Origin: Octopus bimaculoides
Lineage: Eukaryota
Assembly (NCBI RefSeq): GCF_001194135.2
Contig: NC_068981.1
Location: 172,037,162 to 172,101,161, forward strand
Direction of reading: 5' to 3'
DNA length: 64,000 nucleotides
How positions within the stretch are numbered: the first letter of the stretch is position 1; each line of letters starts with the position of its first letter. Under the pieces are notes generated by a model. That model saw only the letters and a program-made list of their open reading frames with translations, was not told the DNA's origin and made no database searches. Shown in pieces: positions 11,004 to 23,440 of the stretch. Both the position numbers and the translations under genes were made by a program.

Positions 11004-12965
11004 CAAATAGCCAGTGAGCCTATTTTAAAAAAATTAATAGTGACAGGAGAGGCATTAACATCAAAAATCCATATGAGAGGTTCTCTCAAAGTAAATAACG
11101 CAGTATCCTGTTTTCTAACACAACATCCATCTTAAGATGGAGACAAAGATTGCCTGAAGTATCGTGCTTTTATAGTTTGTAAAATATACTATGAAATGGT
11201 GATTAAGTAAATTAGCCATAAGTGACGACAGTAATATCCCTCAATTTCATAGAGAACATAAAAAGAATTGGTGAAAACCCTTCATTTTATAAACAGAACT
11301 TCCTCATTATGCCTCGTCCATTCGAAGCTACTTGTACAGTTTCTTCTAGTGATATCTTACGTATGTCAGAATTATGTGCTGAGGTGTATCGTTACAACGT
11401 ACTATGCGCAGCACCAAACTTCTCTCGGAAGGAAGTTTTGTGGCTTGCTTTATTTACATCATATCGCCATAATTATATTTGGTGAAACACATTTAGAGAT
11501 CGTTAAAACTATTCGCGAATCTTGTTTTGTGCACCAATAACTTTCATGTATATCCGTAAACGTGATTGTTTACATCTTATGTAAAGTATATGTACAGTTT
11601 CGATGATGATATATATGTAGGTTCTACACATTGGCCATATTACAGATTGTTTATACGAAATAATTGGACTTCACTGTCATTACTTACGGCCAATTTACTT
11701 CCATTTTTTTAAAACCCAAACTGCAGGCTCACCACTTACACTACGTGTGTAGAATCCCCGAGTGTCCACAAGAATCCAAGTTTATTTTGGTACATTACAC
11801 ACTTCAGATACACATGTATATCAAATTAATATTCAATATTTTACCCTTATTATTTAAATTTAAATAAATATGTTCTCTAACCGGCAAAATTCACTGCAGA
11901 GAATTATTTTCTGCAGAATTATTTCTGATATTTGGTACGCCAAAACAAAAACTTTTGAAATATAACCCCAAATGTAATTGGTAGAACTATATACATGTTC
12001 AATCTCGTGCGGACGTCTCGTGTATAGTTCTGCAGCTTATATTGCAAAGGACGATCATACTGAAGAGTTGCAGACAATTACGTATATATATATATGCCAT
12101 ATTTTCAGTTTAGTGCCCCACTGAATTTTGCTTCCTCATAACTTACCTAAGGGTGCATACGCGCATATTTTTTAAATGAAATTTTGTAGATACCTTTTTT
12201 CCACGGTGTACATTATGATCATATTGATATGGGAAATTTTAAACATATATGAATGCATCTCATTATTTCATATCCATGAGAATAGAAGAATATTGTCTTG
12301 ACATATTTCAGGGTTTGTGACAGCTCATTAGCAGACAAGTACTTTTCATACTTCTTCCCATAAAAGAGCAGATAACAAATCGCTATTTAAATCAATTATA
12401 AACTACAACTTAATTGCAATGACCAGGCTCATTTGCAAACCACGCGTTCGTCGGCGGCGTAATAAATAATAAATATTTATGCACAAAACAGCATGTATTA
12501 GAAAACATAAGACAAAAAAAAGCTACTGTTTAAGTGCATTTAAAGTAAGACAAATTTAGTATAGCTAAACCATGAGCAGTGGAACTTAACAGAAATGGGA
12601 ATAAATCTTCATATATACATGTCCAGATATATTTTAGAGTCAGCTGAGAGTTATCAGAGTAGGAGTATCCCATTTGTCACCCACTTCTGATCTTTTTACT
12701 TCTATGTTCTCTGTTATTTAATTCATCCAACTTATAAGTGTGCGTGTGTGCTTATCGATACACATACATTAATACATATATGTATGTACATACATACACA
12801 CTCACAAACAAACATATTTCAACGTACCATCTCACGATGCAATCTATGATCGAGCTAATCGGTTATAACTTCTAATGATATATCGAGCTTGAATCTATCG
12901 TAATGGAAACGAAATAAACAAAATAGCAACAACTTACTTCTAGTTATTTTCTCACTACATAATAG

Positions 12966-13039
<74 letters not shown>

Positions 13040-13897
13040 GTTTGCAGTGAAGCTTTATATTAACATATGCACTGACGTCTGGGACATGGTTTTCTTTTAG
13101 CATCCCAATGAGTTTTCCCTTTCATTCGCTCTAATTAAAAAATCATACTCCTCTTTGCATTTGTTCACCATGATAGCAAGTGCTTGCTTTTCTTCTATAG
13201 AATAATTTCCATACGTCGCACCACGAAATACTCTTTTCTCTGCCATGATGTTATGAAAGAAAAGTTCAAGGAGAAATTATTAGAGTCGTGTTGATGTTAA
13301 ATCCTTATCCTGTTAAACGCTTGTCCAGTAAAGGTAAATAGTTCGTCATTGAAGTTCTTAATTTTTTGTAGAATTTGTGTTGGTGATTGGTAAATAAGTC
13401 ATAGAGAAATTGAAAATGAAGATTCGCTGACTACAATGTAGTGTGGCAGCAAACTCACGCGTATGTTACAGACTGGGGCAGTTGTCCATCCTCAAGTTTT
13501 TATAAACTCTAGCTGGTTGTAAAAGGATATTTTCTAACAGCAATTTCCTTGTTTTCTTATATGTCTTGAAGCAGGTGTGTTGTGTCTCGAAGTGTTTGAT
13601 CTTCTTAGGGTTGAAGGTTATCAATGCCCTAAAATGTTGATGGCTCACCCGCACGAACGTTGGCTACATATACTGAGGATAAATATTTTTCTTCCATGCC
13701 TTATGAAAACAAATAGAACATTCCAGGGTTTCTTCCCATTCTTGTCATCTGTTTTTTTCTTTTTCTTTTTTTTTCATGTTGATTGACAATTTGTTTCAGT
13801 CAAAACAATAATCAATTCCCCAGAGTTTGTTGTTTTGTACCGGTAATTAATCGAATTTCCCCTTCCCTTTAAATTGCTGGCCTTGTGCCTAAGCATC

Positions 13898-14070
13898 GGG
13901 CAACGTGCCTTGCAGCATAGAGTTATGGCCCATTACGTTCTCAGTTCAAACCCCCTGAGGTTAGCCTTACCTTTCATCGCTACGGAGTCGATAAAATAAA
14001 GCCCCAGTAATGTACTGGGTCGCTTTAATCCACAAATTGTTGGCCTTGTGCCGAAATGAGAAATCATTAT
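13898..14070 (+). mobile_element. Degenerate SINE family A copy
   Basis: TTACGTTCTCAGTTCAAA...ACCTTTCATCGCTACGGAGTCGATAAAATAAAG...GGCCTTGTGCC. Confidence 0.65.
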
Positions 14071-14313
14071 TTAAAATTTTCTAGACTATCACGCTTGATT
14101 TTTTCCTAAAACCAGAATTAGTTATTTAATTTATATATCCTATTTATTTTATAACATATAATATTACTTGTAATGTTCTTTTTTTTTTGTCATATATATA
14201 TATAATGTTTTAACATAAAATACAATTATTATTAGATTCTCCAACTGTTGTATCAATATGAATAGCTTACAATAAAATTTCACCAGAGATAGATTAGCAA
14301 AATCTAATAAGGA

Positions 14314-14430
14314 TTGGAATAAAAGCGAGTGGGGTGCAAAAGTCTGAAAAATTAATAAGTAGTGGGGTTGGAATAAAAGCGGCGGGGTGTGGAAAAAATT
14401 AGAAAAATTAATAAGCGGGGTGGGACTATT
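14314..14430. repeat. 54-bp two-unit tandem repeat, possibly the subterminal region of a non-autonomous DNA transposon
   Basis: TTGGAATAAAAGCG...GAAAAATTAATAAG...GGGGT occurs at 14314 and 14368. Confidence 0.6.
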
Positions 14431-14509
14431 CTTCAAGACCTCACAATATATGGAAATGCAGGCTTCATATTCGAGAATATATACATATATATTGGTTGGT
14501 GTTAGTGTG

Positions 14510-14549
<40 letters not shown>

Positions 14550-14659
14550 TATATATACATACATATGTATAAGTATGGATATATATATATATTGTATATA
14601 CATATACATATGCACACACACGCGATGATAGATCGCAAATCACTACTCACAATTTAAAA

Positions 14660-14721
14660 CCAGAACAAATGCTGGAAATCACTCTGTCCATCGTGCTAAC
14701 GATTCTGTCCAGCTCGCCGAC
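14660..14721 (-). mobile_element. SINE family A head fragment
   Basis: Reverse complement reads GGCGAGCTGGACAGAATCGTTAGCACG. Confidence 0.65.
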
Positions 14722-16024
14722 TAAAAACGTGTGTATATTGATGGACGTTTGCATCTGTCTGCCGCAGTTCTTATGCATATCTAAAACGCCAGTGTTTTGT
14801 GAGTCCGTCTATTATTTATGTAAAGTGCATTAACATGTACAGATATCTAAATATCCGTACATGTTTATGTCTGCAAGTATATCTGTGTATATGAATATCT
14901 ATACTGAAACAGGATGTAAAAAAAATCTATCATTGTGGTTTTGGTTCTGTGACTAGAACAGAGCTTGGTGATAGCTTGGCTATAAAATACACTGCTCTAA
15001 ATTTTTAAAACTTCACGTTAGTTCCATGCTTCAATGATTTTGGCTAATCTAAAATGACTTGCCAGTGTCTCTATACTTTATGGTTTCTAAGTATATTTTG
15101 CGAATTCCTGCTCTGATGCAGCTATGAAATGTTAACCCCACAACCACACTATTTAGTCACCTTCCCTGTCATCCATACTTTTACTGTTCTTGTTCTTTTT
15201 CTTCGCCTTTTTCTTCGTCTTATTTTTATCTTCTCCCTTTTTTTTTAACTGCTGGTGTCCCCTGGTGGACAATTAGTGCAAGAGAGATAATCATTTCTAA
15301 ATAATTGGCAGGATTCAAGGAATAAGGGGAAAGAAGCAAAGAATATTCATTTATTTATTTGCTTACTTATTATGGAGACCTTAAAATTTTTATTCTTAGG
15401 TAATCATATATAGCACCGTTTCATTCTTATTAGGAATTGTCAGCGTGACAAAACCCCGAGGTATATAGATTAAACAAATTGAATATTTTAGGAAGCATGT
15501 CATTTCTTATAGATGAAAAATAATTACAAATTGGAAGAAATGCACAGAATGTGTGCTTTGCTTTTCTTTTTTCTTCTTTTTCTTCATATTGTGTTAAGGG
15601 AAAGTTGGTTCTTTTTTCTTTTCTTCTCCGACATCTTCTTTGTTATCTTCATTATCATAATCATCATTTTTCCTTCTATATGTTCTTTTTCATTAACCAC
15701 GCAAATGTGCTAGCCCTAAATAAGCATAAACCGTTTTCCGTAATCTAATTATATTTCAGTGGTGTACCACCACTGGTATTAATACAACCAACATTACATT
15801 CCTCACACAAAGAGAGTTCAAGCAGATAAACATTATCTACGACCAAAGAAGTGTCTGACAAGGCCGACCATAGGTGAAACGTTGTAGTTAATGTCAATTT
15901 ATTCCTTATACAAGTAATATCATCGTCCATCTTTATGTATTGAGTATTTTTTCAGTTACTGTTTGAACGCCTGAATGTATAATTATACATAAAATAGCCG
16001 GTATATATGTATATGTACGTACGC

Positions 16025-16058
<34 letters not shown>

Positions 16059-16341
16059 CTGAACATACACACACACACATACACACACACATACACACAC
16101 ACATACATACATACATACATACATGCATACATACATGCATAAAAGCTTATATACATAAAAACGGGGACAGACAGATATGAGTATGTTTACATCTTCATCT
16201 GTCTCTCTCCTCTTTCTCTGTCATTCTCCATAAATACATACAAACACACTCACACACACACACACACACACCACCACCACCACCACCAAACCATACACAT
16301 ACAAACACATATACAGACATAGACACACAAACATATTATGC

Positions 16342-16408
<67 letters not shown>

Positions 16409-16437
16409 CATGAATACACACACTAAATATATATATA

Positions 16438-17430
16438 CAGAGTGCATCAGCTGTTTTCAGGGCACCTCTTTCAAGTGTTCTAACTTTCTTCTAACTTTTT
16501 TTTTTTTACTTTGCTTTTCAGATAAATAATGTCAGACATCTTGTTGACTCAGCAAATGAAAAGGCACGCTGTAATCGTTGCCTTAAAAGCGCAGAGATGA
16601 CTCGCTTCCTGAAAGTTACCCGATCTTCGTTCTCAATGTTCGAAAGGAGCTGGCAAGTGTTGACCGGGATCCAACACCAGCAGTTAAATGGAAAATGCAT
16701 GCACAGGGTCCAAATACCATCAGAACACGTAACTTTGTGCAAAAAGTTCAAGAAATATTCAATAAATACCTTGGAAAGTCAACCAGAGTCATTGCAAAGG
16801 ATTTCAGAATGCACTGTCAGAAGAGTTATGCATGAGTTCATCTGGTACAATTTGTATGTGAAACCGGGGAGGTCACTTTATGTCGGATGTGACAAGAAAG
16901 ACTTGTTCGAGCCATGCAAAGTGCTTGTTAGACATGTTGAAGCACCAAGCGGTTGGAATGTATTGGATTTTTTTGCTATGAGAAAAACTTTCATCAGGAC
17001 CGAAAAGTAAACCGAAAGAACAACAAATGGTTATGCAGAGACCCGAGTGAGAATCCAAAACTCATATATACTAAGTACCCAGCAACTGTGATGGTTTTGA
17101 GAGTCATCAGCGACGAGCGAAATGTCATGATTCCTCACTTTTTAACACTGGGCTTAAGGGTCAACGCTGCTGTCTACACGGAGACAGCTGTGAGCTGTGA
17201 GGTCCTGGACAGACAGAGTATGCAACGAAAGAACCGTATCTATTCCATCAAGACTCTCCGCCGTCTCATAAGGCTATCACAACCCAAGCGTGGATGCGTA
17301 CTAATTTCCTTAGTCATGTTCTCCCAGACACATGGCCTCCTAGCTCACTAGACCCCAATCCACTGAACTATTACGTATGGGGAGTAGGCGATAGGGAGGC
17401 CAATCAACACCCCTATACCATTGTAGCTTC
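16438..17430 (+). mobile_element. Tc1/mariner-superfamily transposon remnant, maT (DD37D)-like, right end missing
   Basis: Starts TA|CAGAGTG. Remnants ECTVRRVMHEFIWY, TKYPATVMVLRVISDERNVMIPHF...GLRVNAAVY and PSSLDPNPLNYYVWG (SPDLNPLDY-type motif of maT/Bmmar1-like transposases). Confidence 0.75.
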
Positions 17431-17431
17431 T

Positions 17432-17906
17432 TTTTCAGAGCTTCCTTGCAAATGGTAAGCTCCCGGGAAAACTGAAGAAGTGAATAATATACTCTATTCA
17501 TAAATGAGGGAGCAAAGCGGATGCTAAAAACTATAGGCCTATCTCACTGACCTCACACATTAGCAAAGTCATGGAATGAATAGTCCGAAGGAAATTAATT
17601 GCATTCCTTGAAGAGAATGACTTGCTGACTGACACCCAGTACGGTTTTCGACCAGATATAAGCTGCCTGATACAGTTCTTGTAGCACTACCACTGGGTGT
17701 TAAAGCAGATGCTCGACGACACAAATGTGGACGTGATATATCTCGACTTTGAAAAAGCCTTTGACAAGGTCGATCATGGTATGATATGTCACAAGGTGCG
17801 TAATCTTGGCATAGTAAAGAAATTTGGTATATATACATATACATACATACATACATATATACATACACACATACATACATAACATACACACACACACACA
17901 CACACA

Positions 17907-17958
<52 letters not shown>

Positions 17959-18575
17959 AAACAGGATGTGGTGGCAAACAGGGTCACCGTCAAGGAAACA
18001 CAAATAACGAGTGGTGTTTTACAAAGCACTGCCTTGGGGCCACTGATATTCATAGTGGTTCTCTCAGACAAGCCCTCAGCTACTCAGGTAGCTAACTTTG
18101 CTAGCTATGCAGATGACACAAAAGTCTCTCAGAGGGTACGGAACCCTGGAGTCGTTGCGCATCTACAACGGGAGTTGGACGTAATGTACAGGTAGGCTGA
18201 GGAAAATAACATACAATTTAATGCTGGAAAATTCCAAACCCTGCGCTGCCAATACACGAAGCTCAATGAAAAACAAACAGCATACACTGGCCCAGGAGGA
18301 ATTGCAATCCCTAAATCGAAATCAATGCGTGACCTGGGCATCGACATGAGTAGTGATATATCTTTCTAGGTGCATATTACCGAGTTGACAATAAAATGCA
18401 GACGGTTGGCTGGTTGGATCCTTCGAACTTTCAGAACGAGAGTACAGGAAACCAAGATGGTACTCCGGAGGACATTCGTCCTCAACCGTTTGGATTACTG
18501 ATCCGAACTGTGGTCATCACACAGTACGGACTTCGAAGCAATCCAGTGAACCTACACAGAGAAGATTGTCTCAAT
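17432..18575 (+). mobile_element. CR1-clade LINE reverse transcriptase fragment
   Basis: NYRPISLTSHISKVME, QYGFRP, VDVIYLDFEKAFDKVDHG, SGVLQSTALGPLIFI, ASYADDTK and RDLGI motifs; in-frame stops; microsatellite at about 17829-17957. Confidence 0.9.
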
Positions 18576-18581
18576 GCATAC

Positions 18582-18670
<89 letters not shown>

Positions 18671-18684
18671 TGTCTGTGTGTGTG

Positions 18685-18860
18685 TGTATAGTTGAAATTT
18701 ATAGAAAAGCAAAAGACGAAGATAGGTGTATGATCAAGAAACAAGTGTATTAGTTTGACGCCTGGGAAAATGAAAAGGTCTTTTACGTTTCGAGCCTACG
18801 CTCTCCAACAGAAAGGAATAAGAGAAAATAAACAGAGAGAATGAGAAAAAAAATCTGTAG
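18685..18860 (-). mobile_element. Interspersed repeat, probably a Penelope-like 3' terminus
   Basis: Homologous to 10376-10490; minus strand contains GAGAGCGTAGGCTCGAAACGTAAAAGAC. Confidence 0.45.
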
Positions 18861-19034
18861 ATTTAGCGGTCAAGCATGGCGACTGATCAGGAAAAAAGTT
18901 TGAAAGAAGAGGTTGGAAGAAAGTGAGGTAATAAAGTGATGGTGATTCCACATGAAGGTGTGCATGCGTGTGTGTATGTGAGAATGGTGTATGTGTGTGT
19001 TATTTCTTTACTACCCACAAGGGGCTATCAGAAT

Positions 19035-19075
<41 letters not shown>

Positions 19076-19117
19076 AGGGGCTAGTGACTTTGACGTGATG
19101 ATGAAGTGAAGCCGATA

Positions 19118-19161
<44 letters not shown>

Positions 19162-19412
19162 AATGATGATGATGACCACGACCGCGGTGAGGAGAAAGTT
19201 GATCGTGATGGTAAAGACGTATAAAGTGACAGCGTAAGACGAAAACGGTGAGAGCAAGTATGTGCAAGTAAGACAGATGTTGAAATGATCTTCATAGCAG
19301 ATTCCTGTTCTCATCAACCAAACAGAACAGATAAGTCAGTCTGCTCTATCCCACCGCTCCCCTTCTTCCTCCTCCTCCACCACCACCACATCTTCATCAT
19401 CTTCATCCCACA

Positions 19413-19457
<45 letters not shown>

Positions 19458-19467
19458 NNNNNNNNNN

Positions 19468-19513
<46 letters not shown>

Positions 19514-20264
19514 CCAGTTTTTGTCGAGCTCGTGAAACCTGTATAAAACTTACCTATAATCTACACTCATCAGAATTCATGTTTGACAATCTGTGTGTTT
19601 TCATATGTGTGCGCCCATGTTTGTGTGTCTGTGTGTGTATGTGTGTGTGTATGTGTGTATGTGTGTGTGTGTGCGCGCGCGCGTGTTTGCGTAAATGTTA
19701 GTGAGCATATGTGTTTGTGAATGTGTAGGAATGAATGTGTGCATAGGTATTTGAAAGAGAGAAACAATATACTTGTATGCTTTAAGACAAGGATACACTT
19801 GCACTTGACATGTATGCCCTGATAAATACGCTATGTATAACGTATAGATAGGAATGTATAGACTTACGCACAAGAATTTTCCACTTGCTTGTTCGCACGC
19901 ACGCATATGATAACTTCAGCATCCAAAAGTACAGCCTTGTCGCGCAATGTTTCACTGTGATTCCACCTGAGGATTGCTTTAAGGGTACACGTGTCAGTGG
20001 AATGTCCAGCTACTTATACGCAAATTTAACAAGCAGGTGATTCAGTTTATCAAGAAACGAAACTCTTATCCTCGAAACCGTAGGGGTAGAATATACTTAT
20101 CTTTACATTATATANNNNNNNNNNNNNNNNNNNNNNNNNNNNNNNNNNNNNNNNNNNNNNNNNNNNNNNNNNNNNNNNNNNNNNNNNNNNNNNNNNNNNN
20201 NNNNNNNNNNNNNNNNNNNNNNNNNNNNNNNNNNNNNNNNNNNNNNNTATTTATATATATATAT

Positions 20265-21120
20265 ATATATAAAATATAAACGTCAATGTCTCTGTGTTCG
20301 TGTGTTACTTATAGACTCGAAAACTACTGGACCAATCCTAATGAAATTTGGAACAAAAAACCAAGCTTTGGAAGAAGGGCAATGTTATATGTTTCATTTT
20401 AAGGGGGCATAAAGGGGGGGGGCAGAACCATCCGTGAAAATTCATATGCTTCGGATTTTGATGAAATCTGAATCATGGGTATTAGAAATAAATTGAAAAA
20501 TATACCGAAAAGTTCCATTTCTTTGAATGATTCTAAGACCCACTAAGGAGGGCTTAGCCCTCAAATTTTAATCATCTTTCATGGACGAAAATTACTGAAT
20601 GGATCCCTATGATATTTGGAACTTAGATTCAATGTATAAGGGTGGGTATAATGCAGTGTGTTTGGTTAGAATTGGGTGGCGGGAGGGTAAAAGGGGGCAG
20701 AACTCACTATGAAAATTCATAAATTTCCGATGCTGATGAAATTTCAACCATAGGTAATTGACACAAATCAAGAAATATTCTCAAAGTTTCGGCTTCCTAT
20801 TAGGATTCTAAGACCCCCTAATTCCCAAATTTTAGTCATTCTTTATGATCCAAAATAAGGTCAAAAGTACTGAATGGATCTGTATGAAATTTAGAAATTA
20901 TATTCTATGCATAATGGTGGATGTAATACAGTATATGTTTGAAAGTAAGTGGGCATAAATAAGGCCATAATTCTCATGAAAATTCATATATTTTTGCTGT
21001 TAACCATAGATATTAGACACAAATGAAGTAATATTCCTAAAATTTCAACTTTTTAGGAGGTTAATAAGACCCCTTAATGAGGGCTTAACTTGCAGAAATT
21101 TGTCATTTTTCCTAAGCCAA
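20265..21120 (+). mobile_element. Non-autonomous Helitron-like element with three internal units of about 270 bp
   Basis: 5' region ATATAAAA...TGTGTTCGTGTGTTAC...GAAAACTACTGGACCAATCCTAATGAAATTTGG resembles Lep1-type Helitron 5' ends (from memory). GAAAATTCATA anchor at 20436, 20711 and 20978. Confidence 0.55.
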
Positions 21121-21589
21121 GACGAATACAATTGTAGTCTTGGAAGCTGTAGAGACACCCGAGGATACAAGATGAATGTTATTTGTCATTCAATGGTACA
21201 ACAGTGTAAGAGCTTGCTTTGAGATATGCTTAGATTGTGATTTCTGCAATGTGGCGCATAAATTGTCAAGTAAAGGAGAGCCATCTTTGCCTCCACTGAT
21301 TCAGTTGCAAAGTGTTACTTTGAGTAAATTTATTTGGTTGTGGACCTCCTTTGAGTCTTTTTTATTATCACTGGGTCAGAGATAGTCCCCAGATGGTAAC
21401 ATTAATTTCAAGGCCTTTCCAGATAAGTGACTGGTCATTCAAAGAGATTTATAGATTGAAAATTCATTCTGTTCAGTTACCTATCGGCATGGTAATCATT
21501 GGCAAACTCCAGAGGGGACATTTTCATTTCCCCTCAGCCCTCACGTCACACAGTTGTTAATGTTTATTTGAGTTGGGTCACACCCTTCC

Positions 21590-21995
<406 letters not shown>

Positions 21996-22019
21996 GGCGG
22001 ACAGTTTTATTTAGAATCA

Positions 22020-22095
22020 TATTCCGATGTTGATGAAATTTCAATCATAGGTAATTGACACAAATCAAAAAATATTCCCAAAGTTTTCGCTTCCT
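22020..22095 (+). repeat. Orphan copy of the internal unit of the 20265-21120 element
   Basis: TTCCGATGTTGATGAAATTTCAATCATAGGTAATTGACACAAATCAA matches about 20726-20800. Confidence 0.8.
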
Positions 22096-22188
22096 ATGTA
22101 TGTATGTATGTATGCATGTATGCATGCATGCATGCATGTATGTATGTATGTATGCATGCATGTATGTATGTATAGGTATGTATGTATA

Positions 22189-22587
22189 CAGGATGTATCA
22201 AAAGTCTATGTCACATTCTATGAACTCTTATATCATGAACAACAAATGGTAGCATGATTGAACTGGTACCATTTAAAAGCTAAAAGTGTCAAACATTCTC
22301 CTGTTAATTTAATTTTAATTTAATTAATTAAATCTAATTTTGTTTTTTGTCTCTTTTCAGATCCAGTAATGTCATTCACAGAAGATGAAAAGTCATTTTG
22401 CGTCCTAGAATACGCTAACACTGAACCTGGACACGTGTTCAACGCAAGTTTCATACAACATTTACCAAGCAGGCATTAGACAGACTTTTGATTTCGAATT
22501 GGCATGCAAAATTTAAGGAGGAGGGGTGTTTGTGCCCGGCAAAGAGAACTGGACGCCCCTCAACTTCAGATGATACGGTTGAACAAG
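22189..22587 (+). mobile_element. Tc1/mariner-superfamily element 5' part with DUF4817-type HTH N-terminus; runs into a gap
   Basis: TA|CAGGATG start. MSFTEDEKSFCVLEYANT...VQRKF...ISNWHAKFKEEGCLCPAKRTGRPSTSDDTVEQ (one frameshift) matches the EKSFCVLEY...GCLC...GRP pattern. Confidence 0.75.
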
Positions 22588-23055
22588 NNNNNNNNNNNNN
22601 NNNNNNNNNNNNNNNNNNNNNNNNNNNNNNNNNNNNNNNNNNNNNNNNNNNNNNNNNNNNNNNNNNNNNNNNNNNNNNNNNNNNNNNNNNNNNNNNNNNN
22701 NNNNNNNNNNNNNNNNNNNNNNNNNNNNNNNNNNNNNNNNNNNNNNNNNNNNNNNNNNNNNNNNNNNNNNNNNNNNNNNNNNNNNNNNNNNNNNNNNNNN
22801 NNNNNNNNNNNNNNNNNNNNNNNNNNNNNNNNNNNNNNNNNNNNNNNNNNNNNNNNNNNNNNNNNNNNNNNNNNNNNNNNNNNNNNNNNNNNNNNNNNNN
22901 NNNNNNNNNNNNNNNNNNNNNNNNNNNNNNNNNNNNNNNNNNNNNNNNNNNNNNNNNNNNNNNNNNNNNNNNNNNNNNNNNNNNNNNNNNNNNNNNNNNN
23001 NNNNNNNNNNNNNNNNNNNNNNNNNNNNNNNNNNNNNNNNNNNNNNNNNNNNNNT

Positions 23056-23175
23056 GCATGATAACACTTCCAATCAGTTAAGATCAGAAGCCACGAGAGC
23101 CAGTGCCTGGTACTGCATCAGGGCATTGCCTGGTATCGCATTAGCGCATAGCCTGGTACTGCATAAAGGCATTTA
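23056..23175 (+). mobile_element. 3' end of an unclassified retroelement with a triplicated 23-bp terminal unit
   Basis: GCCTGGTACTGCATCAGGGCATT-like unit at 23105, 23128 and 23151, followed by a (CAT)n/(TAT)n array. Confidence 0.45.
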
Positions 23176-23205
23176 TTATTATCATCATCATCATCATCCT
23201 CCTCC

Positions 23206-23236
<31 letters not shown>

Positions 23237-23247
23237 TATTATTATTA

Positions 23248-23308
<61 letters not shown>

Positions 23309-23310
23309 TT

Positions 23311-23440
23311 AGGCGGCGAGCGGGTAGAATCGTTAGCACATAGGGCAAAATGTTTAGTGGCACGTCGTCCGCCTTACATTCTGAGTTCAAATTCCACCGA
23401 GGTCGACTTAGCCTTTCATCCTTTCGGGATTGATAAATGA
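23311..23440 (+). mobile_element. SINE family A, 3'-truncated
   Basis: AGGCGGCGAGCGGGTAGAATCGTTAGCAC...GAGTTCAAATTCC...GCCTTTCATCCTTTCGGGATTGATAAA. Confidence 0.8.

Noticed and set aside
11222-11540. Overlapping 87-90 aa ORFs next to the candidate promoter
   Set aside because: No domain similarity that I recognise and no supporting splice structure.
15765-15875. TTTCAG acceptor and AG|GTGAAA donor bracketing about 110 bp
   Set aside because: All three frames contain stops, and such splice-like pairs are common by chance.
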